Assembly: GCA_918797485.1 (NCBI GenBank)
Contig: CAKKNE010000004.1
Span: forward strand, 2,914,001-2,978,000
Source of the DNA: Pelagomonas calceolata
Lineage: Eukaryota
Direction: 5' to 3'
Length of the DNA: 64,000 bases
Shown: piece by piece, positions 43,909-54,332 of the stretch
How positions within the stretch are numbered: the stretch's first letter is position 1
Layout: each line of letters starts with the position of its first letter
Translations under genes and position numbers: made by a program
The notes under the pieces: model-generated
Seen by the model: the letters and a program-made list of their open reading frames with translations, nothing else
Databases searched by the model: none
What the model was told of the DNA's origin: nothing

Positions 43909-44232
43909 ATGAAGCCCTCGTCGGCCCTCATCATCGGCGGCGCCTACCTCTCCTACACGATTGCGTCGTGGTCGCCGGAGCGCAGGGAAGCCGTGGTCCA
44001 AATGATAAGAGACGGCGTTTCCGGAGCGGTCAACGCGTTCCTCGAGGACCCGGTCGGGTGCCTGCGGCGGTTCTGGGACGAAAAAAAGCGGTCGCCGATG
44101 CTCCTGCTGGCCCTCGCGTCGAAGCTCATGGCCGACAACCTGCGGCGAAAGAGGCTGAAGAGGGAGGCCGCGGCCGCGCCGGCCGCGACCGCCGCGAAGC
44201 CGGCGGCGCCGGGCAGGAAGAAGCGGAAGTAG
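43909..44232 (+). CDS. Small hypothetical protein with N-terminal hydrophobic segment and basic tail
   Basis: 107-aa ATG ORF with GC3-rich codons. Confidence 0.65.
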   Translation: MKPSSALIIGGAYLSYTIASWSPERREAVVQMIRDGVSGAVNAFLEDPVGCLRRFWDEKKRSPMLLLALASKLMADNLRRKRLKREAAAAPAATAAKPAAPGRKKRK

Positions 44233-44484
44233 TCGGGCCGGCCCCGAGTCGTATAAAATAGTGTCAATAGATCGCTCGGGCCTAGGCTAATAAAACGGGT
44301 TTTGCCGGCCCTTTTTTTTTGCGCAATCGAGCGCAAATCGACCTTGCTGGGATCAATTCTTAGCGTTTCGTATACCAGAGATCGCAATTCTTCGCTGCCG
44401 CCATCGGTGCCACTTCGCAGGAGGCTTGGGGGGCGCCAGGGTAGGCTGCAGCCCTCAGCCAGACTGCTGGGACTACGCATCGAA

Positions 44485-46830
44485 ATGCAGCGGCCAGACG
44501 AAGACGACGACCTGGACCTACCGCGACGGAAGCGCCCGCGCGCCGCGGCACCGCTCTATTACTCCGAAACTGACGTCTTCCGAGGCGCCGACGCGCGCGC
44601 GGTCGATGCCGCACTCGCCGCGCTACGAAGGGCTGCGACAACGGTCGAGGACGGGCCGATGCGATCCGTGGCGATCGCGCCGCTCGCCGCGACAGCGCCG
44701 GGCGCCGGGGCGGTCTACGGCGCCCTGGCCGACGCATTCGCGGCGAGCGGAGCGCCGCGGCCGCGGCGGCTCGCTACGGCGCAGTTAGCCGTCTACGAAA
44801 CCGGAGACCATTTCAACACGTGGCATGTCGACGAGACAGAAGACGAAGGGCGTCTCGCCCTCGTCGTCTTCCTGAGCGATCCCACAGACTACGAGGGCGG
44901 CGAGTTCGACGCCGAAGGCGACGTCGTACTACCAGCACGACCGCCGGCGCGCAGCTTCGTCGTGTTTGACGCGTCGCGCCTGCGTCACCGCGTGCGCGCC
45001 GTGCGCCGCGGCCGCCGCGAGGCGTTGCTGTGTTGGACGGCTTCGGCGCACGACCCGGCGCCGGCCGTCGCCGCGCCGCCGCCGACGCGCGCCGCGCCGG
45101 CGACCGTGAAAGTGATCGTGTGGGACTTGGACGGCACGCTCTGGCACGGCGCGCTGGAGGACGACGACCGCGTCGAGCCGCGGTGCGCGCTCGTAGATCT
45201 CATCGGCGCGCTCGCCGACCGCGGCATCGTGTCGAGCGTGTGCTCGCGCGCCCCGCGGGCGGCAGCCGAGGGCATGCTCGACACGCTCGGCGTGCGGGAA
45301 CTATTGGTCTTCAACGAGTACGACGTCATGGGTTCCAAGGGCGCGCGCGTCCTCCGGACGCTCGAGGCGATGCACCTGTCGCCGCGCCACGCGCTGTTCG
45401 TCGACGACGAGGCGAGCAACCGCGCCGACGTCATGAGCCGGTGCGAGGGCATCGGGGCGCTCGCGCCCGATGATTTAGAGGCGCTCCTGCCGGTCGCCTG
45501 GGGCGCGCCGGACGCTCGCGAACGCCTGGCGCGCTACAAAGTCCTGGAGCGCAAGCACGAAGCGCGGCAGCCCGAGGAGGAGGACGACGCGTTCCTGAGA
45601 CGCTGCGCCATCGTCGCGACCGTTAGCCGTGTCGCGGCGCTGGACGGTGACGCGGACCGGCTCGTCGAGTTGTTACAGCGATCGAACCGACTCAACTACA
45701 CGAAGGACGTCGACCGGCCGGACGCGACCTGGGACGTGCTCGACGTCGCTGCGGGCGCTTACGATAGCTACAAAGACGAGCCCGGCGAGCGGATTTGTTG
45801 GAAGGTGACGGTGAGGGACGCGTTCGGCGAGTATGGGGTGGTGGGCGTTGTCGCGGCGAGTCGCACCGGTGATGCCTGGCGGCCGCGGCACTTCACGTTC
45901 AGCTGCCGCTGCGCGGGCATGCGCGTCGACGCGGCGCTCGCGGCGTGGCTCGTCGCGCAGTTGGATGCGTCGGCGCTCCCGGCGGCGGCCGAGGGGCTCC
46001 TCGCTGTCGACGCGTCGGCGGTCACCATCGTCGTCGATGACGAAGCGCTAGCGGCGCCACCGGTAACACACGCGCGGCGCGCCCTTTTACGCGGCTGGTG
46101 CGCGACGCAGCAGCTCGCGCCGCTGTTGGACGCGTCACCGACGTGCGTGCCTTCGCGCTACGCGGCGACGCGCTTCTCGTCCGTGCACTTCCTTCGCGCG
46201 TCCGCGCGCGACCCGCGCCTCGCCGCCGCCGCAGCCCGCTCGCTTGCGGCGGTCGACGCGGCGGCGACGGCGCCCTCGAACGATCTGCGGTCCTACGACG
46301 TGGTCGTCCAGGACTGCGAGGTCGACGCGCTCTGGCCGGTCACGTGTGGCTTTCCGGTGGATCTTGCTCACACTGACGTCGCGTGCGCCCCGGGCCTCGC
46401 CGACGCCTGGGCGTCTCTCTGGCGCCGGGCCGTGGCGCCGCCGCGCGACGCCGTCGCCGCGGAGTTCGGAACCCCCGCGGATCTCTTGACGCCGGCGGCG
46501 ATAGCCGACGACGCGCGCTGGCTCCGCGCCCAGGTCGCGCCGGGTGCCGGCTTAGTCTTGCTCCTCACGCCGGATTTGTGGGACCTAGGCCTCGCGGCGC
46601 CGGGCTGGCGGGAGCGGCTGGAACAGATCCCGGCGGCGCTCCGCGCGCGGCTCTCTGAAAGGCTTCGGCAGGTCAACGCGGCGGTCTCCCGCGTCGCGGC
46701 GGATTTGCCGAACACGGTCGCCGTGGACCGGACGGCGCTGCTCCGGCCCGGCGAGGTGCAGGAGCACACGCACGTCTGCCGCCGCGCCCAGGTCGCGGTG
46801 GCGGACCGCGTCAACGAAGCGCTTTTGTAG
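44485..46830 (+). CDS. Fusion of 2OG-Fe(II) oxygenase, FkbH-like HAD-IIIC/GNAT-like domain and an SGNH-like C-terminus
   Basis: WHVD...YEGGEF...LRHRVRAVRRGRREALLCW; KVIVWDLDGTLWHG, LFVDD, ELLQRSNRLNYT, VRDAFGEYGVVG, FTFSCR. Confidence 0.85.
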   Translation: MQRPDEDDDLDLPRRKRPRAAAPLYYSETDVFRGADARAVDAALAALRRAATTVEDGPMRSVAIAPLAATAPGAGAVYGALADAFAASGAPRPRRLATAQLAVYETGDHFNTWHVDETEDEGRLALVVFLSDPTDYEGGEFDAEGDVVLPARPPARSFVVFDASRLRHRVRAVRRGRREALLCWTASAHDPAPAVAAPPPTRAAPATVKVIVWDLDGTLWHGALEDDDRVEPRCALVDLIGALADRGIVSSVCSRAPRAAAEGMLDTLGVRELLVFNEYDVMGSKGARVLRTLEAMHLSPRHALFVDDEASNRADVMSRCEGIGALAPDDLEALLPVAWGAPDARERLARYKVLERKHEARQPEEEDDAFLRRCAIVATVSRVAALDGDADRLVELLQRSNRLNYTKDVDRPDATWDVLDVAAGAYDSYKDEPGERICWKVTVRDAFGEYGVVGVVAASRTGDAWRPRHFTFSCRCAGMRVDAALAAWLVAQLDASALPAAAEGLLAVDASAVTIVVDDEALAAPPVTHARRALLRGWCATQQLAPLLDASPTCVPSRYAATRFSSVHFLRASARDPRLAAAAARSLAAVDAAATAPSNDLRSYDVVVQDCEVDALWPVTCGFPVDLAHTDVACAPGLADAWASLWRRAVAPPRDAVAAEFGTPADLLTPAAIADDARWLRAQVAPGAGLVLLLTPDLWDLGLAAPGWRERLEQIPAALRARLSERLRQVNAAVSRVAADLPNTVAVDRTALLRPGEVQEHTHVCRRAQVAVADRVNEALL

Positions 46831-47028
46831 TAACGTGAGATTTGTTGTGCTTTTGCTTTGCTTTGCTTAGAGCTAGGCCGCCTAGCCACCACGTGCGACC
46901 GACGCGGGGCCCTCCAATCGCCCCGAGTGTTAGCTCGGAGGGCGGCGACGGCCGGCGGAGGGGGTTGTTGGAATGCCACACGACGTCGCCGCGGCCGCCG
47001 ACGAGGAAAAAAATAACAAGATAGCAAA

Positions 47029-48156
47029 TTAGACACTCCGCGACGCGCCGAATAAATCGCCCACGGCGCCCTCGACCTCGCGCGCGCGCGCGCGCGTCAT
47101 GCCCACGGTCTGCTCGCCGCTCGCGTCCTCGAGGTTCAGCAGGTCGTGGGACGGCCCCTCCGACGGCAGCACCCGGCCGTGCGTCGGGTGCCACGGCGGC
47201 AGCGTACTAAAGACGCTCTCGCGCTTCTCGAGCGCCCAGGACGTCGGCACCTGCATGTACCTCTCCAAGAACCTCCTGACAAAGACGTGCATCGCCGGCG
47301 GCCGCGCGTCGTTGTGGTCCCCTTCTACCGACAGGATGAACTTGTCGCCGGCGTAGGAGCCGTGGAGCAGCTCCGAGTGCTTGTTCGCGATGAACGAGTC
47401 GCCCTTGACGACGCAGAATAATGCTGGTACGTATAATTTCGGCGTGTGGTCGATGGCCGAGATGTCGTTGATGTCGATCTTGGCTCTCGATCTAATGGTC
47501 CTTCGGACGATCTGGAGCATGCCGCTGACCGCGAACTTTGGGATTTTTGTGGACGTCTGCTCCGTGGCCCGCTCTACGAGCTCTTCCGCGAGTAGTTTGA
47601 GGGAGGCAAAGGGCGAGTCCAGGACCATCGCGTCGACCATATTATCCTCGTCGGCATATAACAGAGCGGTGACGGCGCCCATGCTTCTCCCCCAGAAGGC
47701 TATTGTCGATGTCTTACCTTCCGCCCGCAGATAGGTTACTACGGCTCGACAGTCTAATCGTTCGTTGGCTCCCAACGTGACGTACTCGCCGTCTGACAAC
47801 CCGCTCCCCGCAAAATCAAAGGACACGACGGCCACGCCCAGCGACAGGAGTGTCCCGAGCTGCGGGATCGCCTCGAGCCGCGCCGACGCGTTGCCGTGCA
47901 TGAAGATAAGGGTAGGTACCATCGGCGGCCTTTGTTCCGCGGCCCAGCGCGAGCAGACGAGGCGCTCGTCCTTGACGTTGTGGACCTCGAAGTCCTCTCT
48001 GATAAAGGTTCTTCCTAAAAACTCGAAGCGCCGCGGCCCGAGGTGCCGCTCGTCGTACGTCGTCCGCGGCGGCCGGATGATCGCGCAGACGACCTGCTCG
48101 TAGGCCGCCTTGGCCTGGTCGATGATGCCGGGGGTCCGCTCTGGTTGCTCGGCCAT
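47029..48156 (-). CDS. Alpha/beta hydrolase (YqkD-like)
   Basis: IIRPPR, FMHGNAS, FDFAGSGLSDGEYVTLG, nucleophile elbow WGRSMG, VLDSPF, EGDHND. Confidence 0.92.
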   Translation of the reverse strand: MAEQPERTPGIIDQAKAAYEQVVCAIIRPPRTTYDERHLGPRRFEFLGRTFIREDFEVHNVKDERLVCSRWAAEQRPPMVPTLIFMHGNASARLEAIPQLGTLLSLGVAVVSFDFAGSGLSDGEYVTLGANERLDCRAVVTYLRAEGKTSTIAFWGRSMGAVTALLYADEDNMVDAMVLDSPFASLKLLAEELVERATEQTSTKIPKFAVSGMLQIVRRTIRSRAKIDINDISAIDHTPKLYVPALFCVVKGDSFIANKHSELLHGSYAGDKFILSVEGDHNDARPPAMHVFVRRFLERYMQVPTSWALEKRESVFSTLPPWHPTHGRVLPSEGPSHDLLNLEDASGEQTVGMTRARAREVEGAVGDLFGASRSV

Positions 48157-48337
48157 TTGTGTTTTGTGGCAGTCTTTTTTTGGTTCGCCTCACAGCAAGC
48201 TCTCTGCGCCTCGTGCGCGGCGCTTGCTGCCGACAGCTGCTCTTGCGCGGTGCCAAGCACTCTCGCAGCCGTTTGATCGGCCGCGTAGGCGCGCGGGCGT
48301 GCAACACTCTGCTCGTTTTGCCTAGGCTTGCCTCTTG

Positions 48338-48357
48338 CTAGTGTCTACATACGCTAG
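48338..48357. promoter_or_regulatory. Recurrent CTAG-bounded motif, copy 7
   Basis: CTAGTGTCTACATACGCTAG about 180 bp upstream of the hydrolase ATG. Confidence 0.6.
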
Positions 48358-48368
48358 CTACGCCCTGC

Positions 48369-48403
48369 AGGGGCTCCGCCCACTAGTCCTAGCACCGTAA
48401 CAT
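48369..48403 (-). other. Conserved 35-bp post-stop element, copy 3
   Basis: AGGGGCTCCGCCCACTAGTCCTAGCACCGTAACAT. Confidence 0.65.
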
Positions 48404-48474
48404 CGACGCCCTGCAGGACGAATCTACTAAGATTATACGAGCAGGGGGGTGTATCGAAGGAAGTGTCGGAAGTG

Positions 48475-50288
48475 TCAGAAGTTCGCCGGTGCCACGTGGT
48501 TGATCTTCGTCCCCTTGAACTCCTCTTCCTCCGTCATCGCGCCGAAGCGGTCGAAATAGACCTGCGGGGGAATCGGGTTGAAGGAGAGAAGTTGCGCCGA
48601 GAAATGACACGGGGCACGACGATGACCACGATCATGTAGCACAGCGGCAGGGCGACCATCGCGGCGAGGTCGAGATATCCCGCGACGCGCCTTGCGACGA
48701 TTTCCGACGAGTCGCTCAGCTCGTGGTCCGTGACGAGATCTTCGAGGCGCGCGCCGCCGAGGCCTTCGCCCGGGGCCTCTTCGTCGCTGCCGCCAGCTTT
48801 TGTGCCGGGTTCGGGAGCGACGGCTTTCGTCGACGGTTGGCGGCGCCTCAGGCCCGGACTGTTCGACGAGTTTGCTTCCGACATGGTGCTTTCGCTGAGG
48901 TCCTTCTGGTCGTTGGCCGCCTGGACCCTTCTTAGCACAAATGCCTTGCGTTTGCGCCGTTCGAGCTTCACAAAGGGGATGAGGATGATCCCGACGATAT
49001 ACGAGTGATAGGCCGCTAGGCCGTCCGTCTCGTAGATGTCGCCCACAAGATCGTACCAGACCGGAAGCGTTAATCGCTGTCCGTGGAGCGAGTCCAGCTT
49101 CTTTCGTAGTTTCTGTAGCTTAGCTGGTGGCAGTCCTAACTTCTTGACCGCATTCTCCACCTCTTTTTTGTCGAGATCGCCGCTTTCATCGGTGTCGGCC
49201 TTCACGAACGCGCTGACCAGCTCGTATTCCGACATCACGCCAGTCGAAGATTTCACGCCATAGAGCGATACGGATAGCACGGACACGGCGAGTGTCGTCC
49301 ACGAAAACGCGAAAGAAAGAACATATAGCAAACTAATAATCGTCATATTACCTGTCTTCGGCAGCACCTCAAACGCCACAATGTAGAGCGCTGCGCTTGT
49401 GAGCAGACACGTGATCCCGAGCGAGATGCGTTCCCCTGATTGTGGGTTTGCCACGAACGCCAGGAACCCTGCGAGCGTCGTGAGGATCATGGGCACGACG
49501 AGGCCGTAGTTATACGTCTCGCTGTGACGCCGCATTCGAAACTTGTACTTTACTATCGGGTAGGGTTCCGGACAGCACCCGTAAATGAAATCAATAGCTG
49601 CAGTTCGTACCTCCACTAAATCGAACTCGGGGTTCGGTCGGTACGAGGCAGCGAGGGTAAAAGGCGCGGGTTCGTCTCCCCCTCTAGGCTTGATGTCGAC
49701 CTGGAAGCCATGAGTTGACCAGCAACCAAATTCGAATTCACATGTCTGCTCGTCGAAGGGAAACGTGCGCGGCTTCATAGGGCAGGGTAATCTCGTCTCG
49801 ACAGGAACGGATTGCCACACGCCGCCGCTCGAGTACACGTTAGGCTGCACGCCGCCTGGTACCTGAAACACGCTTTCTACCGCCTCGTACACGATTGTGT
49901 CCGGGATCCAGATCTGTTTGTGCTCGTCGTGGCCAAAAAACGTTAACTCGGTGATACCGCCCCAATGATCCGGATTCCACGCTAATCGAGGATCCGTCCA
50001 CGAGTGCCGCCACCACGAGAAGAATCTTATCTCTTGATTCGTGGTATCGAGCTCTTGGAATTGCTGCAGCGCCAACTGAACCGAGACGAGTGCGCCGCGC
50101 TCCGAACCAAAGTGGGGTGGTTGTATCGTCATGTCGTAATTAGCGAGCAGCGCTTGTTTGAGCAGGGTCATATTACGCTGCTTGTAGCATTCCGCATTTG
50201 TGCAGGTAGTGTCGAGGGCCAGACCGACTGGGCCTGCCGCGTGGGCCAGTGGAAGCGCGACGAGGATTAGCGCTGCCCAGCCCGCCAT
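48475..50288 (-). CDS. Cys-loop ligand-gated ion channel paralog 2 with EF-hand; exons 50288-48621 (or 48618) and 48561-48475
   Basis: CPMKPRTFPFDEQTC, FGCWS, YGCCPEPY, SGERISLGITCLLT and EF loop DTDESGDLDKKE; splicing restores the tail VYFDRFGAM...HVAPANF matching paralog 1. Confidence 0.93.
48562..48620 (-). other. GT-AG intron (59 bp, or 56 bp with donor at 48617), absent from paralog 1
   Basis: Pyrimidine-rich ...TTCCCCCGCAG acceptor; removal restores homology with 7145-7235. Confidence 0.8.
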
Positions 50289-50525
50289 GGTGGTCCTGGG
50301 ACAGCCCTTTGTAGAAGATTCTGGCACTGGCGACTGGCACTGGCACTCTGCAATTGCTCTGCACGTGAAATGCGGTGCCTCTCAAGTGGGCTGCCGCATG
50401 GGCGCGTGATCTGCGCATGGCGCCCAATAATCGGAACGTGTCCAATGTACGAAGAGATTACTGATGTATATATACTACTTCTTAGTATGTTCAACTAGAC
50501 ATGATGCGACGGTGCGAATAATCGA

Positions 50526-50990
50526 CTACGAGGCGAGCCGCTTGCGGCCCTTGAGCCGCCGCCGCTGGAGCACGCGGCGGCCGTGGCGGTCCGAGAGCCG
50601 CCGGAGGAAGCCGTGCTTGCGCTTGCGGCGGATGAGCGACGGCTGGAAGGTGCGCTTGATGGCGCGGAGCGGCGCCGGCGCCGGCGCGTCGTCGCCGGCG
50701 AGGGGCGGCGCGTCGTCCCAGTGGTGGAACGGCGGCGGCGCCGCGGCGGGCCAGCCCGCGACGACGGCCGCGTCGGGATAGGACTCGACCTCGTCAGCGG
50801 GGGCGTCGAGCCAGGCCGCGACGATGTCCTGGGCCGACCGGAGCGGCGGCGACGACGCCCGCGCGTGCGCGTGCGCGACGTCCGCGAAGGGGTTCTCGCG
50901 GTGGGCGCTCAGGATGGCGTTGTTCGTGTTGCACCGGCGCAGCGGTGCGCAGCGCACGGTGCGCAGGAGGGTTGCGACGCCGCGGCGCAT
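50526..50990 (-). CDS. MRPL34: Mitochondrial ribosomal protein bL34m
   Basis: [41 protein letters not shown] after an Arg-rich presequence; ATG at 50990. Confidence 0.9.
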   Translation of the reverse strand: MRRGVATLLRTVRCAPLRRCNTNNAILSAHRENPFADVAHAHARASSPPLRSAQDIVAAWLDAPADEVESYPDAAVVAGWPAAAPPPFHHWDDAPPLAGDDAPAPAPLRAIKRTFQPSLIRRKRKHGFLRRLSDRHGRRVLQRRRLKGRKRLAS

Positions 50991-51269
50991 CTTGCTGTGC
51001 ACAGCTTTTTTGGTGCAGTACTTGTTCTTGCCTCTGGAGGCACGCCGCGACCAAACGCGGCGCCCCTGCAAAATACGGATGCTGCGGAGTGGCAAGAGAG
51101 CAGTCCAGTACGCGTCTGTTGCTTGGGGAGGGAGCGCGGCAGTAGCGCGGTCGTGTGCGTGAGCAGCAGATATTACGGCTTGCAGCTGCGAGGGTGGGGG
51201 AGGCAGCGACCACTCTTCCCAGCCCGCGCAGGAGATCTCCTCGGACAAGACGAGACACACAAAACGCGC

Positions 51270-51968
51270 TTATGGCGGGTCCTCCTCTTCGTCGCGGTCG
51301 AGCAGCATCCCCCACAGCGGCGCGTGGGCGCCCCGCGTCCAGACGTGTGTGTCGTCGCCCGACACGTCTCGGCGAGAGTGGAAGGATAGCCCCGCGCTCC
51401 GCAGCGTCGCCGCCGTGATGCCCGACGGGACGGGCTTGTCCGCGAACGCGACGGGCGCCCGCACGACGATGGCCCGGTCCACGAGCCCCGCGCTGAGGAA
51501 GTAGCGTGCGGTCTGCGGGCCGCCTTCGACCATGAGGTGGTTGACGCCTCGCCGATGGAGTTCCCGCAGGACGCCCGGCAGCGCGGCCGCGCCGGCGCCG
51601 TCGAGGCCGTCGTCTTTGGAAAACACCACCGTCTCCAGGCCGTCTGTGAGCAAGCCCGCGTCGGCCGGCGCACGGCCCAGCACGACGCGCAGCGGCTGCG
51701 CCGTCCGCGGCGCGAGCGGCACGCGCCGCACGGTCAGCGAAGGATCGTCTCGTGCGACCGTCGACGCGCCTACCAGCACGGCGTCGCAGTGGCGGCGCAG
51801 CCGGTGGACGGCATCCAGCGATGCCGGCGACGTGAAGCGCTCCGCCTTGTCGCCGAGGTCGTCGACGGCGCCGTTTCTATCCATGGCTAATTTCAGCGTG
51901 ACTTCGACATTCTTTTGCGGTGCTGTGAGCGCGGCGGCGGTGATGGCTAGTGCGAGTAGCGCGCGCAT
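51270..51968 (-). CDS. RibD C-terminal (pyrimidine reductase-like) protein with signal peptide
   Basis: VTLKLAMDRNG, VHRLRRHCDAVLVGASTVARDDPSLTVR, QPLRVVL, HLMVEGG. Confidence 0.88.
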   Translation of the reverse strand: MRALLALAITAAALTAPQKNVEVTLKLAMDRNGAVDDLGDKAERFTSPASLDAVHRLRRHCDAVLVGASTVARDDPSLTVRRVPLAPRTAQPLRVVLGRAPADAGLLTDGLETVVFSKDDGLDGAGAAALPGVLRELHRRGVNHLMVEGGPQTARYFLSAGLVDRAIVVRAPVAFADKPVPSGITAATLRSAGLSFHSRRDVSGDDTHVWTRGAHAPLWGMLLDRDEEEDPP

Positions 51969-52512
51969 GGGTGCTGCAGGTCTGCTGGCACACTGCACCC
52001 TGTCGACACCAAGCGCAGCCGCAGTGCTGCCGAAGTTGACCTTCGTCGTTACTGTCGGTCGTGTGCAGTTCAATGGTCGATGCCTATGTCGCATGCATCA
52101 TTCGCGTACGTCGATGCCATCGTGCGGGTTCACGCGTTTTCATCTCCGTCAGTTGCAACCACGATGGTGGAGGTACGGGATGTGAGGCGAGGATGAGTTA
52201 GACGAGCGGCGCTAGACCGTGCGGGTATCACCGTATAACGCGGCTTAGCTTGTTTGTAGGGCTCCCGCGAGGTGCATGCATCGGCTGCCTGAACATGGCT
52301 TGGGCTGCCCAGGTCATGGAGAGGAGTAAGGCAAGTTAATCGTCAGGTCATGGGCGGCGGTGCCAGCAAGCGCGCACGTGGTCGGGTTTATCGCGCGGTA
52401 CCGCTGAACGACCATATGCCCCTATGCAATGAGAGTACGTGTGTGATGCTCAGGCTCAGGCTAGTTACGTCGCGGGGTCCCCCGTACCCCTCCCGCTCCC
52501 CCCGGATGTAGG

Positions 52513-52534
52513 CTAGTGTGTTACAGGCCGCTAG
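52513..52534. promoter_or_regulatory. Recurrent CTAG-bounded motif, copy 8
   Basis: CTAGTGTGTTACAGGCCGCTAG, 21/22 identical to copy 4; divergent intergenic. Confidence 0.6.
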
Positions 52535-52770
52535 CTAATCTTGCTTGCCGGCGGAGCCGAAGTGCATAGTCGTCTCAGCTGAAGCCAGAGTCACACTCTG
52601 AACTGAGGACTGCACCCCCGCAGCCTGCCCGTCCCTCGGGGGCTGAGCCCTTGTGTGAATTTTGCCGTGAGAACAGGGTATCCTTGCTTAGCTGATCGAG
52701 GGCGGCAGTAGCCACGTCGTAAACAAGAGGGCAGGGCATCTTGCTGCAAGCAAGCGGGATAGGATCCAAA

Positions 52771-54063
52771 ATGCCTGAGGATGCCCCACCCCCGCCACCG
52801 GCCGCGGACGCCGCGGAGCCGATCCCGCTCGACGAGACGGCGCTCACCGCGCTCGGGACGGTGTCGCCGCGCAAGCAAGCCACAATCCTGGCCAAGCTCG
52901 CCGCGAAGCGAGCCGAAGTCAAGAACCCGTCGGCCTACGCCGTGCGCTCCGTCGAGAACGCGAGGAGAGAGGAGGCCCGCCACGTGCCGACCGGCACCGT
53001 ATACTACGTGCCGTTCTACGCCGACCAGGCCCCGAACGAATACGCGGAACCGCCACCGGGCTTCGAGCCGCACCAAACGACGACGCAGGACGAGTGGCGC
53101 GACTGGGACGAGGCCGACGCGCGCGCGTTCGCCGCGCTCGACCCGAAAGCCGCGGCGGCGCTGCAAGCCCTCCCGCCGCCGACGGCGGCGCGCATTTTGT
53201 TGAATCTTCGGCGCCGCGGCGGCGTGCGTAATCCCTCAGCCTACGTGATGAGGGCCATCATGAACGACCGCGCGGGCCTGGATCCGCGGCGCCCGTCGCT
53301 CGGCGACATCGAGGAGGTGCCGCGCCAGCTCGCGGATCTCGCGGTCGCGGACCTCGCCTCATGTCTGGAATGTGACGACGTCGCGACGTGCCAGCGGCGG
53401 GGCGCCGTCGACGCTGCGTTGCGCGACGCGCCGGCGCGCGCCGAGGGCTGCTCGCTCGTCTTCGCGACGCCGGGTTCGGCGGCGGTCCACGCGGCGCGCT
53501 GCGCCGCGCGCTGGCGCGGGCGTCGCCCGCGGCCGGTCGTCGACGCGCCGCGGCACGTCGAGCCGCCGGCGCCAGCCGCCGGATCGCTGGTCTGCGCCGG
53601 GGCCGACTGCACGGCGGCGGACCAGGTCGCGTGTGCGCGCCGCAGCCGCGTCGCCGCGGCGCTCGCCGCTGTCGGGGCGCAGGCCGGCGCCAAGGACTGC
53701 GCGCTCGTCGCCGGGGCAGCCGCCGTGGACCCGGCCGCGCTCGCCGAGGCGCTCGCCGAGTTACCCGCGGGCGACCGCGCAGCGTTAGCCGTCGCGGATG
53801 ATGAATTAGCACGTGGCGTGGCACTCGTTCAGCAAGTACAGCACTACTTCGCGCCGGCGAACTTCGCCAAGGACACTTACCTGAAGAGCCTGATGGACCT
53901 GGAGGGCTACGTCGACCTCGCGGCGCTCGCCGCGTTCCCGCAATTAGCTGCAATGACGGCTGGCGTCGACGAGCTCGCGCGCTTCCTCACATACTCGCGC
54001 CTCACCGAGCTCGACCCCACGCGCACCAAGGTCCGGCCGCGCCCGCGCGCGGCGGCGGCCTGA
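52771..54063 (+). CDS. La-motif (HTH) RNA-binding protein with two N-terminal NPSAY helical modules
   Basis: VQQVQHYFAPANFAKDTYLKSLMDLEGYVDLAALAAFPQL is a La motif; VKNPSAY and VRNPSAY resemble hnRNP-Q acidic-domain-like modules. Confidence 0.82.
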   Translation: MPEDAPPPPPAADAAEPIPLDETALTALGTVSPRKQATILAKLAAKRAEVKNPSAYAVRSVENARREEARHVPTGTVYYVPFYADQAPNEYAEPPPGFEPHQTTTQDEWRDWDEADARAFAALDPKAAAALQALPPPTAARILLNLRRRGGVRNPSAYVMRAIMNDRAGLDPRRPSLGDIEEVPRQLADLAVADLASCLECDDVATCQRRGAVDAALRDAPARAEGCSLVFATPGSAAVHAARCAARWRGRRPRPVVDAPRHVEPPAPAAGSLVCAGADCTAADQVACARRSRVAAALAAVGAQAGAKDCALVAGAAAVDPAALAEALAELPAGDRAALAVADDELARGVALVQQVQHYFAPANFAKDTYLKSLMDLEGYVDLAALAAFPQLAAMTAGVDELARFLTYSRLTELDPTRTKVRPRPRAAAA

Positions 54064-54332
54064 AATCGCATCGCTCATCGTCCATCGAATTGTCTATCGC
54101 ACGCGCGTCGTATCTGCGCATCTGTCGTCGTCGTTTTCCTGTCGTCCTGTCGTCGTCTAAGCATCGTTGCCTGTAATTGAAAGAGACGATTAGGGATATT
54201 TACACACGTTATCTGGATGATACAATGAGCACAACGTCGAGGCGACACGTGGGCACGTTGGTCCGATAGTTCGATGGGATAAGATAGGGTCGATGTTCGA
54301 TCGATGTTCAGTCGATGGAGTTGTCGATGGAG

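Noticed and set aside
52095..52500. Long intergenic stretch with CAGGTCATGG twice; possible ncRNA
   Set aside because: No recognisable snRNA, tRNA or rRNA motif or fold
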